NCBI GenBank assembly: GCA_038207335.1
Contig: JBBQZX010000016.1
Span: 54,848 to 118,847, forward strand
Origin: Chthoniobacterales bacterium
GTDB lineage: Bacteria; Verrucomicrobiota; Verrucomicrobiia; Chthoniobacterales; Chthoniobacteraceae
Direction: 5' to 3'
Length of the DNA: 64,000 nt
Positions 1-15,000 of the stretch are shown here, piece by piece (the first letter of the stretch is position 1; every line of letters starts with the position of its first letter). A model generated the notes under the pieces. It saw nothing but the letters and a program-made list of their open reading frames with translations, made no database searches and was not told the origin of the DNA. A program made the position numbers and the translations under genes.

Positions 1-3000
1 CAGGTTGAGCGTCGCGGCGGGATTCGTGAACGTCTGGCTCACCGCGGCGAGCGTGTTGTTTACGCGGACTTTGATCGTGCTTGAGAAAACGACGCCCGGC
101 ACGTTGACCGCGAGCACGCCGGAGATGTCGCCCGCGAGTCCCGCCGGAGTGATGAGGAACGTCGCCGCGCCGCCGGTCACGCTGACCGCGCCCGCGCCAA
201 GATTGAGCGCGACGTTGTCCGCGGTGACGCGGATGCGCTTGGCCCCGGCGACCGTCTTCTGCTCGAACGCGAAGTTGCCGCTCAACGTCTGGCCGAGCAA
301 GCCCACGCTCACGCCCGTCCCGCTGACTTTGAGATACGGACCGGCATCGACTTTCAACGAAACCGGCGCGACGCCAACGAGGAACGTCTCGTCGATCGCG
401 CTGCCGGTATTGTTCAAGACGACGCTGAAAGTGCCGCCGAGCGTGACCGATGGGACGTTGAGTTTGATCGTCGCGGTGAAGGTGCCCGCGAATCCGCCGG
501 GGACCATGCCGACGGTCGGTGTGACGAGGAAGAAGCCGCTGCCGCCGCTGACTTCGAGCACCGGGCTGGCGGCGTCGCCGAGCGCGAGGCGGATGTTCGC
601 GAGGCCGATGCGGACGCGGCTCTCGGTTGTGCCGGCTTTGGTCACGCGCTCGAACGCGAAGTCGCCGCTGAGCGTAATGCCCTGCACGTCGAGTTCGACG
701 CCGGTGCCTTCGATACGGAGATACGGTCCGGCGGGCAGGTCGAGCGCGACCGTGCGGTTTCCGACCGCAAACGTCTCGGTGACTGCTGCGGTCCCGCTGT
801 TGATCGCGAGCGAGAAGTTGCCGCGGAAGCCGAGCCCAAGCGATGGGTCGATCGTCACCGTGCCGCTCACTCGACCCGCGAAACCCGTCGCTTTGACCGC
901 GAAAATCCCCTCACCGTTCGTGAGGCTGATCACCGTTTGCGTGCCGGTCTTGATCGCGACGGTGACGTTGGTCAGCGCGAGGCGTACGACCTTGTTGCCA
1001 GTCAGCGCGGAGCCGGTTTGCTCGAACGCGAAATTGCCGGCGAGCGACTGGCCCGCGATGGCGATAGTGACGTAATCGCCGCTCACGCGCAGGAACGGCC
1101 CGGCGGGCACGTCGAGCGTGATCTTGGTCGCGCCGACAAAGAAGTCGGTCTTCACCGGCGCGGTCGTCGTATTCACCGCGAGCGAGAGCGTGCCGGCGCT
1201 CAGCGTGAAGCCGGGAATGTTCGTCGTGACGGTCGCGGCGAACGAGCCCGCGACGCCCGCCGGAGTCAGCAACAGCGAGCCGCTCCCATTCGTCACGCTC
1301 AGGAAATCGGTCGTCCCGTCACCGAGGCCGATGCTGACGTTCGTCGCCGAGATGCGAAGCGAACCTGCCGCCGCACCGCCGGTCACTTTGTCGAACGTGA
1401 AGTTGCCGTGCAGCTTCTGCCCGACGATTTGCAGGTCGGTGTTCAGCGCCTGGAACGACGTGAGATTTTTCTGCTGGTCGCTGAAGTCGAGCGCGATGCT
1501 GTCGGCGGTGTTCGGAATGGTCAGCGTCTCGTGAATTTCGAGGCCGGTGGTGTTGACGAGCACGGTCGCCTGACTGCTCAGGACGATGCCGCTGAGGCCG
1601 AGCACCTGCACGTTGCCGGTCGCGAAGAAAGCGACGGTGCCGTTCGGGTATTTGATGAGGCCGACGCGCGCTTCGGTGAGCAGCAAACCGGTCGCCGACG
1701 GGTTGATTTCACCATTCGCGAGGCGGCCCGGACCCTGGCCGAGGAAAACCGCGAGGTTCGTCCCGGCGAAGGTCAGTTTGCCGCCGACATTCGCGAACGA
1801 AACGCTGCCCTCGATCGTCACGAAATTGCCGATGTTCAGCGTCAAATCCTCGGCGAAGAACGCAAACAGGTCGCCTTCACCGGCGGTGAACTTCACGGCG
1901 ATCGTGCGGCCGTTGATGTCGATCGTTTCATCGACCGCGCCGCCGCTCTTGTTCACGCGGAAGCCCGCGCGCCCGCCGAGACTCGCGCCGCCTGCGGCGA
2001 TGGCGATGTCGCCGCTGATGATTCCCGCGACGCCCGTCGGCGTGATGACGAACGCGCCGTCGGCGTTCTTGATCCCCTGCCCGCCGAAGCTGACCTCGAC
2101 ATTCGCGAGCGCGATGCGCGTGACTTTTGTGCCGTTGGCCCGCGTGCTCTGGTCGAACGCGAAGTCGCCGTGCAGCAGCACGCCGCCGACGATGAGGTTG
2201 GTATTATAAACCGCGACGCGGACATACGGACCGGCGGGCAGGTCGAGTGAGATCGTCGCGCCTGCGACCGTGAAGCTTTCCTTCACGGCAGCGGTTGTGT
2301 TGTTGACTTGGATCGAAACGTCGCCGGTGAGTTGCACGCCGGGGATGTTGAACGCCGTAGAAACGCTGAGGCTGCCCGCGACTCCGGCCGGAGTGATGAG
2401 GAAGGCACCCGTGCCGTTGGTCAGCGAAACGAAGTCGGTCGTGCCGTCGCCGAGTTTCAGCGAGACGCCGCTGATCGCGATGCGAACGACCTTCGCGCCG
2501 GCGAGCGTCATCGATTGCTGGAGCACGAAATTGCCCGCGAGCGTTTGTCCTGCGACGGTCAGCGCAACGCCCGTGCCGCTGACGCGCAGGAACGGCCCGG
2601 CGGGCAGCTTCAGCGCAACCGTCGCTGCGCCGACCACGAAGCTCTCATCGATCCCGGCGGTCGTATTGTTCAGCTCGGCGGTGAAATTTCCAGCGAATGA
2701 AACGCCCGGCAGATTCACCGCGACGCTGCCGGTGAAGGAGCCCGCGATGCCCGCCGCCGTGACGACGAAGTAAGCCGATGCGCCGCAGACGACGACGAGT
2801 TCGTTGGTCCCGTCGCCGAGCGCGAGCCGCGCATTCGCGATGGCCACGCGCAATTTCGTTTCGCCGCGCGTGTTCGTCGCGCGCTCGATCGCGAAGTCGC
2901 CGGTGATGCTTTGGCCGAGCACATTCACGCCCACGCCCGTGCCCGCGATGCGGACGAACGGACCGGCGGGCAGGACAATCGAGACGCTCGCGCCGCCGAC

Positions 3001-6000
3001 CATCAGTGTCTCGTTGACGGCCGCGTTCGTGTTGTTGATTTGCAGCGAAAGCGCGCCGCTCAGCGTGACGCCCGGAATGCTCGTGAGGATGTTCGCGCTG
3101 AAGCTGCCCGCGATGCCCGTGGTCGTGACGAGCAGGCTGCCGGTGCCGTTCGTGAGGCTGACGAGGTCGGTCGTGCCGTCGCCGAGTTTCAGCGTCACGT
3201 TGTTCGCCCCGAGACGGACGGTGGAACCGAAGCCGACGCGCGTGACTTTCTCGAACGCGAAATCGCCGCCGAGCGTCTGGCCCGCCACCGTCAATTTTGC
3301 ACCGATCGCATCGACGCGAACATACGGCCCGGCGGGCAGGTCGAGCGTCGTGGTCGTGCCGCCGACCATGAACGTCTGCATCACCGCGGCGGTCGTGTTG
3401 TTGACGGCGATGCCGAACGCGCCGGTGAAGCTGACGCCCGGGATGTTCAGGGCCACGTCGGCGTCGAGGCGACCGGCGACCCCGGCGGTGATGACGAGGA
3501 AGCTGCCGCGGCCATTTGTGACGCTGACGAAATCAGTGGTGCCGTCGCCGAGTTTCAGGGTGACGCCGCTCGCCGCGACGCGCGTGATTTTCGTGCCGCC
3601 CGTCTGCGCGATTTGCTCGAGCGCGAAGCTGCCCGAGAGCGTCTGGCCCGCGACGGCGAGCGTGACGTTGTCGGCCTTCACGCTGAGGAACGGCCCGGCG
3701 GGCAGCTTCAGCGCGATCGTGTCCGCGCCGATCGTAAACGTCTTGTCCACCGCGCTCGTCGTGCCATTCACGGCGATCGAGAAGGTTCCGGTGAACTGCA
3801 CGCCCGGAACGTTCAGCGTGACCTGCGCGTTACTCAGCGAACCCGCGGCACCCGTCGAAGTCAGCAGCAGCGCGCCCTCCGCGCCGGTGACGTTGACGAG
3901 GCTCGTCGCGCCGTCGCCGAGGCTCAGGCTCACATTTTTCGCAGCGACGCTGATGACTTGCGCGCCCGCGACCACTTGCTTGTTGAAGGCGAAGTCGCCC
4001 GTGAGCGTCTGGCCGACAACCGACAATTTGAGCTGTGTCGCCTCGAACGTCGTAACGAGCGCGGTCGTGTCGAACTTCACGAGGATGTCGTGCGCGGTGT
4101 TCGGAATCGTCAGCGTCTCGTTCACGATTTGCCCCGCGTTGTTGAAGCGCACGAGGACGTTGCCGCTGACCGTGATTCCGTCGAAACCGACGACCGCAAC
4201 CGTGCCCGTCGCGGCGAGAGCGTAGGTGCCGTTCGGGAATTTAATCAGGCCGATGGTCGCGTTGCTCACGAGCAGTCCGGTCGCGAGCGGATTGACTTCG
4301 CCATTCGAGAGCTTCGACGGACCCTGGCCGAGGAAGATGTTCAGACCTTCGCCCGCGAAGACCGTCCTTCCGCCGATCGTCGAGAAGCTGACATTGCCCT
4401 CGATCGTCACAAAGTTGCCGATGTTCAGCGACAGGTCACCACCGAAGAATTGCGTGAAATTCTGCGTCCCGACTTTCACTTCGGTGTCGCTGAACCGCAC
4501 GTTGATCGTCTTCGCGCCGATCGTGATCGTCTCGTCCACCGCCGCGATCGTCGTGTTGATCCGCACGCCGAAGCTGCCGCCGACGCTGACCGGTCCCGCC
4601 GCGACGCTCGCCTCGCCCGTCAGGATGCCCGCGATGCCCGCAGGTTTCAGGATGAAGGCGCCGGCGCCGTTCTTGATCCCCTGCCCGTCGATCGTCACCG
4701 CGATGTTAGCGAGGCCGATGCGCGTCGTGTTGTTCGGCGCCGTGCCGGTTTGGTCGAAAAGGAAATCGCCGGTGAGATTGAAGCCGCTCGCGCCGCCGAC
4801 GTTCAGCGTCGCACCGAGCACGGTGACGCGCAGGAACGGTCCGACGGGCAGGTCGAGCGTGAGCGTCTGCCCGCCGACCGCGAACGTCTCGTTTACCGCC
4901 GTCGCGCTGGTGTTGAGTTGCAGGCGGGCAGTCTGGAAATTGAGCGCCAGCCCGGCGGCGGCGAGGCCCGGGAAGCTCGCGCTGACCGAGAAATCCGCGG
5001 CGATGCCGGTGCGGTTGATGAGTAGCGAACCCTGTCCGTTCGCGATGTGAACGAATGTGCCGAGATCGAATTGCACGCCGCTGACCGCGACGCGGACGAT
5101 GCGCTCGCCGAGGCCGTTCGTGGTTTGCTCGAACGCGAAATTTGCGATCAGCGCGACGCCCGAGAATTTCAGCGTCAGCGCGTCACCCGTCAGACGCAGG
5201 TAGCGGTTCGCCGGGTTCGTCGTGTCCACCGCGATCGTGAACATTCCGGAAAACTCCACGCCCGGGATATTCGTCGTGACCGCGATGCCCGTGATATTCG
5301 CCACGACGCCCGCGGGTTTCAGCGTGAGCGAGCCACTCGCCACATTCGCCGAAACGAATTCCGACGTCCCGTCACCGAGTCCGAGATGCACGTTCGCGAC
5401 CGTGACATCGACCTGCTGCGTCGCGTTGTTTTTCGTGAAAGTAAAGTCACCGCGAAGCGTCTGGCCCGCGATCGTCAGCGCGACGCCCGTGCCTGAGATG
5501 CGCACGTAGTTTCCACCGTCGAGCGTGAGTGTCGTGGTCGCACCGCCGACCGTGAATTGCTCGCTCACCGGCAAGCCCGTCTGGTTGATTTCCGCGACGA
5601 GTGTCGCACTCAAGGAGGCGCCCGGAAGATTGATCGCCGCCGTGCCGCTGAGCCGTCCCGCGATCGCCGACACGCCCGGAGTGGCCGTCGGCAGGATGAT
5701 GAAATTTCCCTCTCCGCCAGTGACGCTGACGAATGCCGTGGTGCCATCACCGAGCACCACACTGACATTCGTCGCAGCGACCCGCACGATGCGGCTCGCG
5801 CTGCCCGGGGGACCGCGCGTGACCTGCTCCAGCGAGAAATTTCCACTGATGACCTGGCCCGCGACGCTGAGCGAGACGTTGCTCGCGGCGACGCGCAGAT
5901 AAGGCCCGGCGGGAAGTTGCACGCGCACCGTCTGGCCCGCGACGACGATGCTTTCGTCCCCCGCGGCGGCGGTGTTGTTCAGCGAAACGGAGAACGCGCC

Positions 6001-9000
6001 GGTGAACGTGACGCCCGGCACATTCAGGCCGACCGTGCCGCTCAGCGTGCCCGCCGTGCCCGCAGGCGAGAGCACGAAAAAGCCGTGGCCATTCGTGACG
6101 CTGACAAACTCCGTCGTGCCGTCGCCGAGGCTGAGTTTCGCCTCGGTGACCGCGATGCGGACGCGGACTTCACCGGCCGGATTCGTCAAGCGCTCGAGCG
6201 CGAAATTGCCGCTCAAGGTCTGGCCGAGGACGGTCAGCGTCGCGGGCGTGAGCGCGTCGATTTGCGCGACCTCGACGCGGACGAAAGGCCCGGCGGGCAG
6301 CGTCAGCGCGATGGTTTCGGTGCCGACCGTGAAGTTCTCGTTCACCGCGGCGAGCGTGTTGTTCACCTTCACGCTGACTTTCCCGCTGAATGCCAACCCG
6401 CCCGCGACGTTAAGTTGCGCGCTGGCGACGATTTGGCCCGCGACTCCCGCCGGGGTGAAGATGAATGCGCCCGCGAGATTTCCGACGCTCACGAGACCGC
6501 CGCCGATGTCGATGCTGCCGTTCAAAATAGCGAGGCGCGTGACGCGTTCGCCGTTCGACTTCGTGAGCTGCTCGATCGCGAAATCGCCACCGATCGTCTG
6601 GCCTGCGACCGTCAGCGAAACGCCCGTCCCGGCGATGCGCAGATACGGCCCGGTGCCGCCGGGAACATTGAGCACCACGGCCCGCGCACCGATGTTGAAA
6701 GTCTCCTGCACGAGCGCGCCGGTCGTGTTCAGCGCGAGTTGGAACGTCCCGCCGAAGCTGACGCCCGGCACGTTCAGCCGCACGGTGCCGCCGACCGTCC
6801 CGGCGATGCCCACTGTCTCGACGATGAACGCGCCGTCGCCATTCGTGAGGCTCACGAGTTCGTTCGTGCCGTCGCCGAGGCTCAGGTGCGCGTTCGCGAT
6901 GACCACCCGGACGACCGATTTCGCACCCGCGCCGGTCGTCGTGATTTTCTCGAAAGCGAAGTCACCGCCGAGCGACTGACCTGCGACGCGCAGCGTGACG
7001 CCCGTTCCCTCGACCCGCACAAAAGGCCCGCTCGGCAGCGCAAGCGTGATCGTCTTTCCGGCCATGACAAAGGACTCGTTGACCGCGACCGGCGTGTTGT
7101 TGATCGCGAGCGTGAAAGTGCCGCTGAAAGCCGACGCGCCGCCCGGAATCGTGATCGTCAGCGCGCCGGCGATGCGGCCCGCGAGGCCGGCGCTGCTCAC
7201 GACGAAGAACCCTTCGCCTTCCGTGAGCGATGCCACATCCGGGCCGGCCGCGTCGGCTTTTAGATGAAGCTGCACATTCGTTGCGCCGACGCGCAGCAGC
7301 ACGGTGCCGTCGGTCTTCGTGAAGCGCTCTAGCGCGAAATTCGCGACGAGGGTTTGGCCCGAAACGGTAAGCGTGACGTTGTCGCCCGCGAGCCGTAGAT
7401 ACGGCCCTGCGGGCAGCGTGATCGCGCCCGCGACCGGCACGGTGTCAGCCACCGCGGCGGTCGTCGTATTCACCTCGACCGAGAGGCCCGCCGAGAAGCT
7501 GAAGCCGAGCGCAGGATTCACCGCGACGGTCGCCGAGAAGCGGCCCGCGAGCCCGGTCGGCTTCACGATGAAGCCGCCCGTGCCATTCGTAATGCTCACG
7601 AATTCCGTCGTCCCATCGCCTAGCGACAAGCTCGCATTCGACACGTCGATCTTCGTCACTTTCACCCCCGACACGATGCTCTGCGAGAAGCCGAACGTGC
7701 CGCTCAACGCCTGCCCCGCGACCGTCAGAGCGAGGTCGCCGGTGAACGACGCCGTCGGCGCGAGCACCGTGCCGCCGGTGATCGTGATCGTGTCGCTCAA
7801 GCCGTCCGCTTTCGGGAAAGTCACCGTCTTGTCCGCACCCGCGTTGTTGAAGCGCACGGTTGCGCTGCCGGTGAATGTGAACCCGGAGAACCCGATGATT
7901 TCCAGCGTGCCCTCCGCATACACAGCATATGTGTAAGTGCCCGCCGCTCCGAAGCGCTGCACGCCGACGCGCGCATTCGAGAGCAGCACGCCTTGCGCGG
8001 CGGGGTTGCGCGTCGTGCCGTCGAGCATCACCGGACCGCTTCCCATGAAGACGCTCACGCCCGACGCGATCAGCGTGTCCACGCCGGCAGTCTGGGTGAA
8101 TGAAATGCTGTCGCCCTGGATCTCCACGAAGTCGCCGACGCGGATCGTGAGCCCAGCGACGAAGACGCTGAACGTGCTCGTGCCGTCCGGGAATTGGATC
8201 GCAAAAGTGCGGCCGTTCAGCACGATCGTCTCGTCCACTGCGACGCCAGTTTTGTTCACGCGCAGGCCAATGCTGCCACCGACCTCGAGGCTGCCGGTCG
8301 CCACCGCAACATCGCCCGCGAGGAAACCCGCAAAGCCCGTCGGCAGGATTACGAATGCGCCCGAGCCGTTTTTCAGCGACTGCCCGGCGACAGTCACCGT
8401 GACATTGTTGACTGCGACGCGCATCACTTTCGAGCCGTCCGCGCGCGTCGTCTGGTCAAAGAAAAAGTCGCCGGTAAGCACCGCGGCTTCGTTGCCGATC
8501 GTCACGTTTGCGCCGATGATCGCGACGCGGATGAACGGCCCGGCGGGCACTTGCAGCGTCACCTCCGCCACGCCGACTTTGTATGTTTCATCGACCGGCT
8601 GCGCCGCCGTGTTGATCTGAATGCTGACCGCGCCGCCGGTCACGCTGAACACGCCCGGCGCACCGAGCGTCGCGCTCACCGTGAACGACGCCGCGACTCC
8701 CGCGGGCGTCACGAGCAGCGCGCCCGTGCCATTCGTGACGTTCACGAACGTCGTCGCACCGTCCTTGATTTGCAGCGTCAGGTTGGTGATCGCCACGCTC
8801 ACCTGCGTGTGAACCACGCCCAAGACCGTCGCCGTCGTTTTCTGAATCGTGAACTCCGCCGAGAGCGTCTGCCCGAGCACCGTGAGCGTCGCCGGCTGAC
8901 CGACGAGCGTCGCGACTTGCACGTAATTTCCAGCCGGCAACGAGAGCGTCATGCTGACCCCGGCGACGAGGAACGTTTGATTCACGAGCGCGCCGGTCGT

Positions 9001-12000
9001 GTTGAGTTGCAGCCGCAGACCGGCGGAGAAAGTAACGCTCGGAATACTCACCGCGACCGTCCCGCTGACCTCGCCCGCGAGCCCGGATTGCTTGAAGACG
9101 AATGCGCCGCCGCCACTCGTGACGGTCACAAAATCCGTTGTGCCGTCGCCGAGCGCGAGCCCCACGTTGCTCACCGCCACGCTGACCACGCGGTTCGGAA
9201 CCGTGCCCGTTGCCTCGAAGCTGAAATTGCCGCTCAGGCTCTGGCCGAGAATCTTCGCGGTGACATTCGTCCCCTCAACCCGCACGAACGGCCCGACCGG
9301 CAGTGCCAGCGTGCTCGGCGTCCCAGCGATGTCGAAAGTCTCATTCACCGCGGCATTCGTGTTGTTCACCGCGACGCTGAACGCCGCGCTCAATTCGACA
9401 TTCGGGATCGTGATCAACGCCGCACCCGCCACCCGACCCGCGATCCCTGCACTCGTCAGAACGAATGTCCCCTCGCCTTTCGTGACGCTTAGGAACGTGC
9501 TCGAACCGTCGCCGAGCGCGAGGCTCACATTGCGCGCGCCGACCCGCACGATTTTGTCAGTCGGGCTGCGCGTCAGTTGCTCGAACGAGAACGTGCCGCG
9601 CAGCGTTTGGCCCGCGACTTTCAACTGCAAATCGTCGCCCGTGACGCGAAGGAAAGGCCCGGCGGGCAGCACGAGCGTTTGAATGCCGCCGCCGACTTCG
9701 ATGCTTTCGTTCACCGCCGCGAGCGTGTTGTTGATCTCGACCGTGAATGCGCCGCTGAACACGACGTCCGGCACGTTCACCACGACCGTGCCGCCGAACC
9801 GCGCCGAGAGTCCCACCGTGCTCAGCACCGCGAATCCAGAGCCATTCGTGACGTTCACGAAATTCGTTGGAGCCGTGCCACCGAGGCCGAGCGTGATCGC
9901 GCTCAAGGCGACGCGCACGACCTTCGAGCCGTCGGTCGCCGCCGTCTGCTCAATCACGAAATTCCCAGTCAGCGACTGCCCGAGCACGCCGAGCGAAACC
10001 GCGCTCCCCTCGACGCGCAGGAACGGCCCGGAAGGCAGCGTCAGCGTGTTCGTCGCCGCACCGATTTTGAATGTCTGATTCACCGCCGCCGTCGTCGCGT
10101 TCACACGCAGCTTGAAGTTGCCGCCAAACGTCACGTCGGGAATCGCGGTCATCACCGAGACAGTGAGCTCGCCCGCAAAACCCGCGGGCGTGATGAGGAA
10201 ATCGCCGCTGCCCGTCGCGGTCAGAATCGCAGGCGGACCGCCGAGACTCAGCACGACATTCGCCGCCGCGACGCGCACGATCTTCGCCGCGCCGATCGTC
10301 TGCTGCTCGAAAGTGAAGTCGCCACGCAGCGTTTGGCCCCCGACTGCGAGCGCGAGATTCGTGCCGGTGAATTGCACGAACGGCCCGCCATCCACAATAA
10401 ACGTCACGGTGCGCGAACCGACAGCAAAGCTCGCGCTGACCGGCGTTGCGCCGGTATTGATGAGCAAGCTCACGTCGCCGCTGAAGCTCACGCCCGGCAC
10501 TTTCAGCGCAACCGACGCGGTGATGTTTCCGGCGAGCGCAGTGCTATTGATGAGCAGCGCGCCGTGGATATTGGTGACGCTCACGAGGTCGCCGCCGAGT
10601 TGCACCGAACCATTCGTCACCGCGACGCTCACGACTTTCACCGCGCCGCTCGTCGCCTGCTCGAACGCGAAGTCACCCGCGATGCTGACACCCTGAAAAG
10701 TAAGCCGCGCGTTCAACGCCTCGACACGCACATACGGCCCGGCAGGCACCGCGAGGCTCACGACTTTTTCTCCGACCGCGAACGTCTCGCTGACTGCCAC
10801 CGCCGTGCTGTTCACCGCGAGCGCGAAGTCGCCGGAAAAGACTCCACCCGGCGGCGTGATCGTTACCGTGCCGCTCACGCGTCCCGCGAGCCCGGCGGCG
10901 GTGATGACGTAAAATCCGACGCCGTTCCGCACCGTTGCGATCGGCGTTGAACCGGCGGTGAGATCGATGCTCACATCGGTCGCCGCAACGCGCACGAATT
11001 TCTCGCCGCCCGTCGTCGAGAGCGCCTGCTCGAACGCGTAATTGCCGCTGATCGTCTGCCCCGCGATCGTGAGCGTCGCCGGATGCGTCGCATCGGTTTG
11101 CGTCAGCTCGACGCGGCGATACGGACCCGCGGGCACATCGACGGAAACCTGCTCGCTTCCGACCGCGAAGTTCGCTTTCACCGTTGCGGAGGTCGAGTTG
11201 ATCGCCACTGCGAAATGGCCGGTCAGCGTGACGTTTGGAATGTTCGCCGTAACATCCCCGCTGAACCGCCCGGCGACACCCGCGGGCGATAGCAGCAACG
11301 CGCCCGAGCCGTTCGTGACCGAGAGAAAATCGGTCGCGCCGTCGCCGAGGCCGAGCGAGACGTTCGTCGCCGCGATGCGGATGTCGCCCGCCGCGCCGCC
11401 GGTCACTTTGGAAAAGGCGAAGTTGCCTTTCAACGACTGGCCCGCGAACGCGAGCTCACCGTTGAGCACCGAGAAATTCGTGACCGTATCGACGGTCGGG
11501 AATGCCAGCGTGATGCCGGGGTCGTTGTTGTCGCCGGGAATCGCGAGCGTCTCGCCGATGATCGTGCCGGTCGTGTTGACGATCACGGTCGCCCGCCCCG
11601 CGATGGTCACGCCATTGATCCCGAGGAATTGCACGAGCCCGGTCGCGCTCAACGCGTAGCCGCCGCCGACGCGGATGAGGCCGACGCGCGCATTGCTGAC
11701 CAGCACTCCGCTCGCCGTAGGATTCAGTTCGCCGCTCGGGAGACGCGCCGGCCCTTGGCCCAAAAAGACGAGCAAGCCCGCACCCGCAAATGTGCTGCGT
11801 CCGCCGCTTTGCACGAAGTTCACACTGCCCTCGATCGTGACGAAGTTGCCGATGTTCAGCACGAGATTCTCGGCGAAGAACCCAAAGAACGGCGCACCGG
11901 GCGCGCCGGCTTCCAACGGCCCAAAAACGATTGCAATGTCGCGGCCATTCAGCGTGAGGCTTTCGTTGATTGCGGTCGTGAAGGTGTTGATTCGGAAGCC

Positions 12001-15000
12001 CGCGCGTCCGCTCACGGTCGCGCCGCCCGCCGCCACCGCGAGGTCGCCGCTGAGGATTCCCGCGATGCCGCCGGTCTGCACAAGGAACGCGCCCTCGGCA
12101 TTCACGATCCCATTTCCGCTCACCGTGATTGCGCCGTTGGCCACGGCAAACCGCGTGGTCTTGGTCCCGTCCGGTTGCACGCTTTGATCAAAATAGAAGT
12201 CGCCGTTGAGCGCCACGCTGCCGAGTTGCGCGTTGAGACCGATCACCGCGACGCGGACGAACGGCCCGGCGGGCAGGTCGAGCGAAATGCTGCCCGCGCC
12301 AACCGCAATGCTTTCGTTCACCGCCAGCGCGGAGGTGTTCACCTCGACGCGCACATTCGCCGTGATCGGATCGATGCCCGGAATCGTGATCGCCGCGCTC
12401 GCGCTGAGGCTGCCCGCCACGCCCGCGCCACCGATGCGGAACGCGCCAGTCGCGCCGGTGACATCGAGGAAAGTCGTGCCGGGCACGCCGATTTTGAACG
12501 ACGCGCCGTTCAGCGCGATGCGAACGCCGCCCACAGCGAGATCGGTTTCGATCCCGAAATCACCGCTGAAGGATTGTCCGAGAATGTCGACCGTGACGGT
12601 CGGCACCGCCGGGCGGAAGCGGACGAACTGGCCAGCGGGGATATTGAAGGGGATGCTCGCGGGCACACCGGGCAGGCTACCGGAAAGCGTGAGCGTGTCG
12701 GTGATCGCGAGGCCGATCGTGTTAAGTTCGACCTTGAATGCACCGGTGAAGCTGACGTTCGGAATGGCGACCGAGACGCTGCCGCTGAATTCGCCCGCGA
12801 TGCCGCCCGCCGCGACGAGGAAATTCGCGGATGCGCCGTCGAGCCGGATGAGCCCGTCGCCGAGCGAAACGGAGGCGTTGCTCACGCTGACGAGCAGCCG
12901 CGGCGATGCGGCCGTGGTGCGGACGATGGAAAAGTCACCGGTCAAAGTAGCGCCCGGCAACGTCGCCGAGATACCGCTGCCTGTGACGCGCAGGTAGGGA
13001 CCGGCGGGCAGGCTCAACGTGACCACCGACCCGCCGACCACAAAGCTCTCGCTGACCGCCACGGACGAGTCGTTGATCTGAACTTCGAGCGCGCCGCCGA
13101 TCGAAACGCCAGGGATATTTACCGCGACTGAACCAGCGAAACTGCCCGCGAATCCGGTCGAAGTGTCTTCCAGCACGAGCGCACCGCTTGCGCCGCTGAC
13201 CGTGACGATTCCGCCGCCGAGTGAAAGTCCGGCATTCGCGACGACCAACCTCGTGAGCGATCCACCAGCGGCTTTCGCGACGCGCTCGAAAGCGAAATCG
13301 CCGGTGATGCTCTGTCCGGCGACGGTGAGCGCGACGCCCGTCGCCGCAACGCGCACATACGGCCCTGCAGGCAGGTTAAGCGCGATGCTTTCGCCGCCGA
13401 GGACAAATGCCTCGTTCACCGCCGCGCTCGTCGTGTTGATGCTCAAGCCAAACGTGCCGGTGAGCGACGCATCCGGCAGCGTGATCGCCACGTCCGCCGC
13501 GAGCGACGCCGCCACGCCCGCCGCGCGGACGATGATCGAGCCGCGCCCGTTCGTTACATTCACGAACGGCGAACCCGCTGCGCCGAGCTTGAGCGTCACC
13601 GCGATCGCCGCAATGCGCGTGACTGTAGCACCCGCGCTGTCTTTCACCTGCTCGACGAAGAACGTGCCGCCGAGCGCCTGCCCTGCGATGGTCAGCGTCG
13701 CCGGGGCGAGTTCGCCGATTGCCACACGGAAATACGGCCCGGAAGGAAGAGTGAGCGCCGGCGCGACCTCGTTCACCGCGACCGCGGTGGTATTGATTTG
13801 CAGCGCGACCGCCCCGTCGAATGCCACGCCCGGCACTTCCATTTGCGCTCGCACCGACAAGCGCCCAGCGACCCCGGCGTTCGTCAGCAGCAGCGCGCCG
13901 CTGCCTTCCGAGAGTGAAACGAAATTCTTCGTCCCATCGCCGAACGCCAGCGAGACGTTGCTGGCCGTTACCTTCACCGCGTCGCCGGTCCCCAGCGTTC
14001 CTTTTGCAAAAGTAAAATCGCCTTTCAGCGTCTGCCCGCCGATCGAAAGCGCCAGACTCTTCGCCTCGAATTGCGTAAATCCCGCCACCGCCGTCTCCAC
14101 CGCGCCACTGAATTTCACGAGCACTTCGCGCCCCCCGGTGCCGATCGTCAGCACCTCATCCACCGCCGCTCCTGTCGTGTTCACTCGCACCAGCGCCGTT
14201 CCGCTGAGCGTCACTCCGCTGACCCCGACCACCTCGATGGTGCCCGTGGCCATCAGCGCGTAGGTCGCGCCGATCTTGACAAGACCCACCGTGGCATCGC
14301 GCAACAGGATGCCCTGCGCGAGCGGGTTGAGGTCTCCGTTGGGAAGTCGCGGGGGTCCGCGACCGAGGAACAACTCGAGCCCGTCGCCCGCGAAAGTCTG
14401 CTTCGCCCCGGTGCCGCTGAAAGCGATGTTGCCTTGAATCGCAATGAAGTCGCCGATGTTCAGCGTCAGATTCTCCGCATAAAACGAGAACAGGTTCGTC
14501 TCGCCGTCATCGAAACGGATCGTCAGCGTGCGACCGCCGACGGTGATCGTTTCCTCGACCGACAAGCCGCTCTTGTTGATGCGGAAGCCGCCATTCGCGC
14601 TGCCGATTGAGGTGGAAAGCGCGCCGTTCGCAAAGCCCGCGAGGCCACCGGTCGCCGCGCCGCTCGGCGGCAGCAGCACGAATGCACCCTCGCCATTCAC
14701 GATGCTATTCCCCGCCGCCGTGATGCTGAGATCGGCGATCGCGAGCCGCGTGATTTTCGCGCCGCCGGGCCGAGTCGTCTGGTCGAACGCGAAATTTCCG
14801 GTGAGCGTGCTTCCCGCGATCGTGAGCGTTACCGCGGTCAATTCGACGCGCGCAAACGGTCCGCCGGGAAGGACGAGATCGTGCGGCGCGGCGATGCTTT
14901 CGTCCACGGCGGCGGCGCGCGTGTTGATTTGGAGGTGCGCGTTTGCGGTGGAATTGAACGTCCCCCCGGGGATGTTCACCGCTGCCGTGACCGCGAAGTC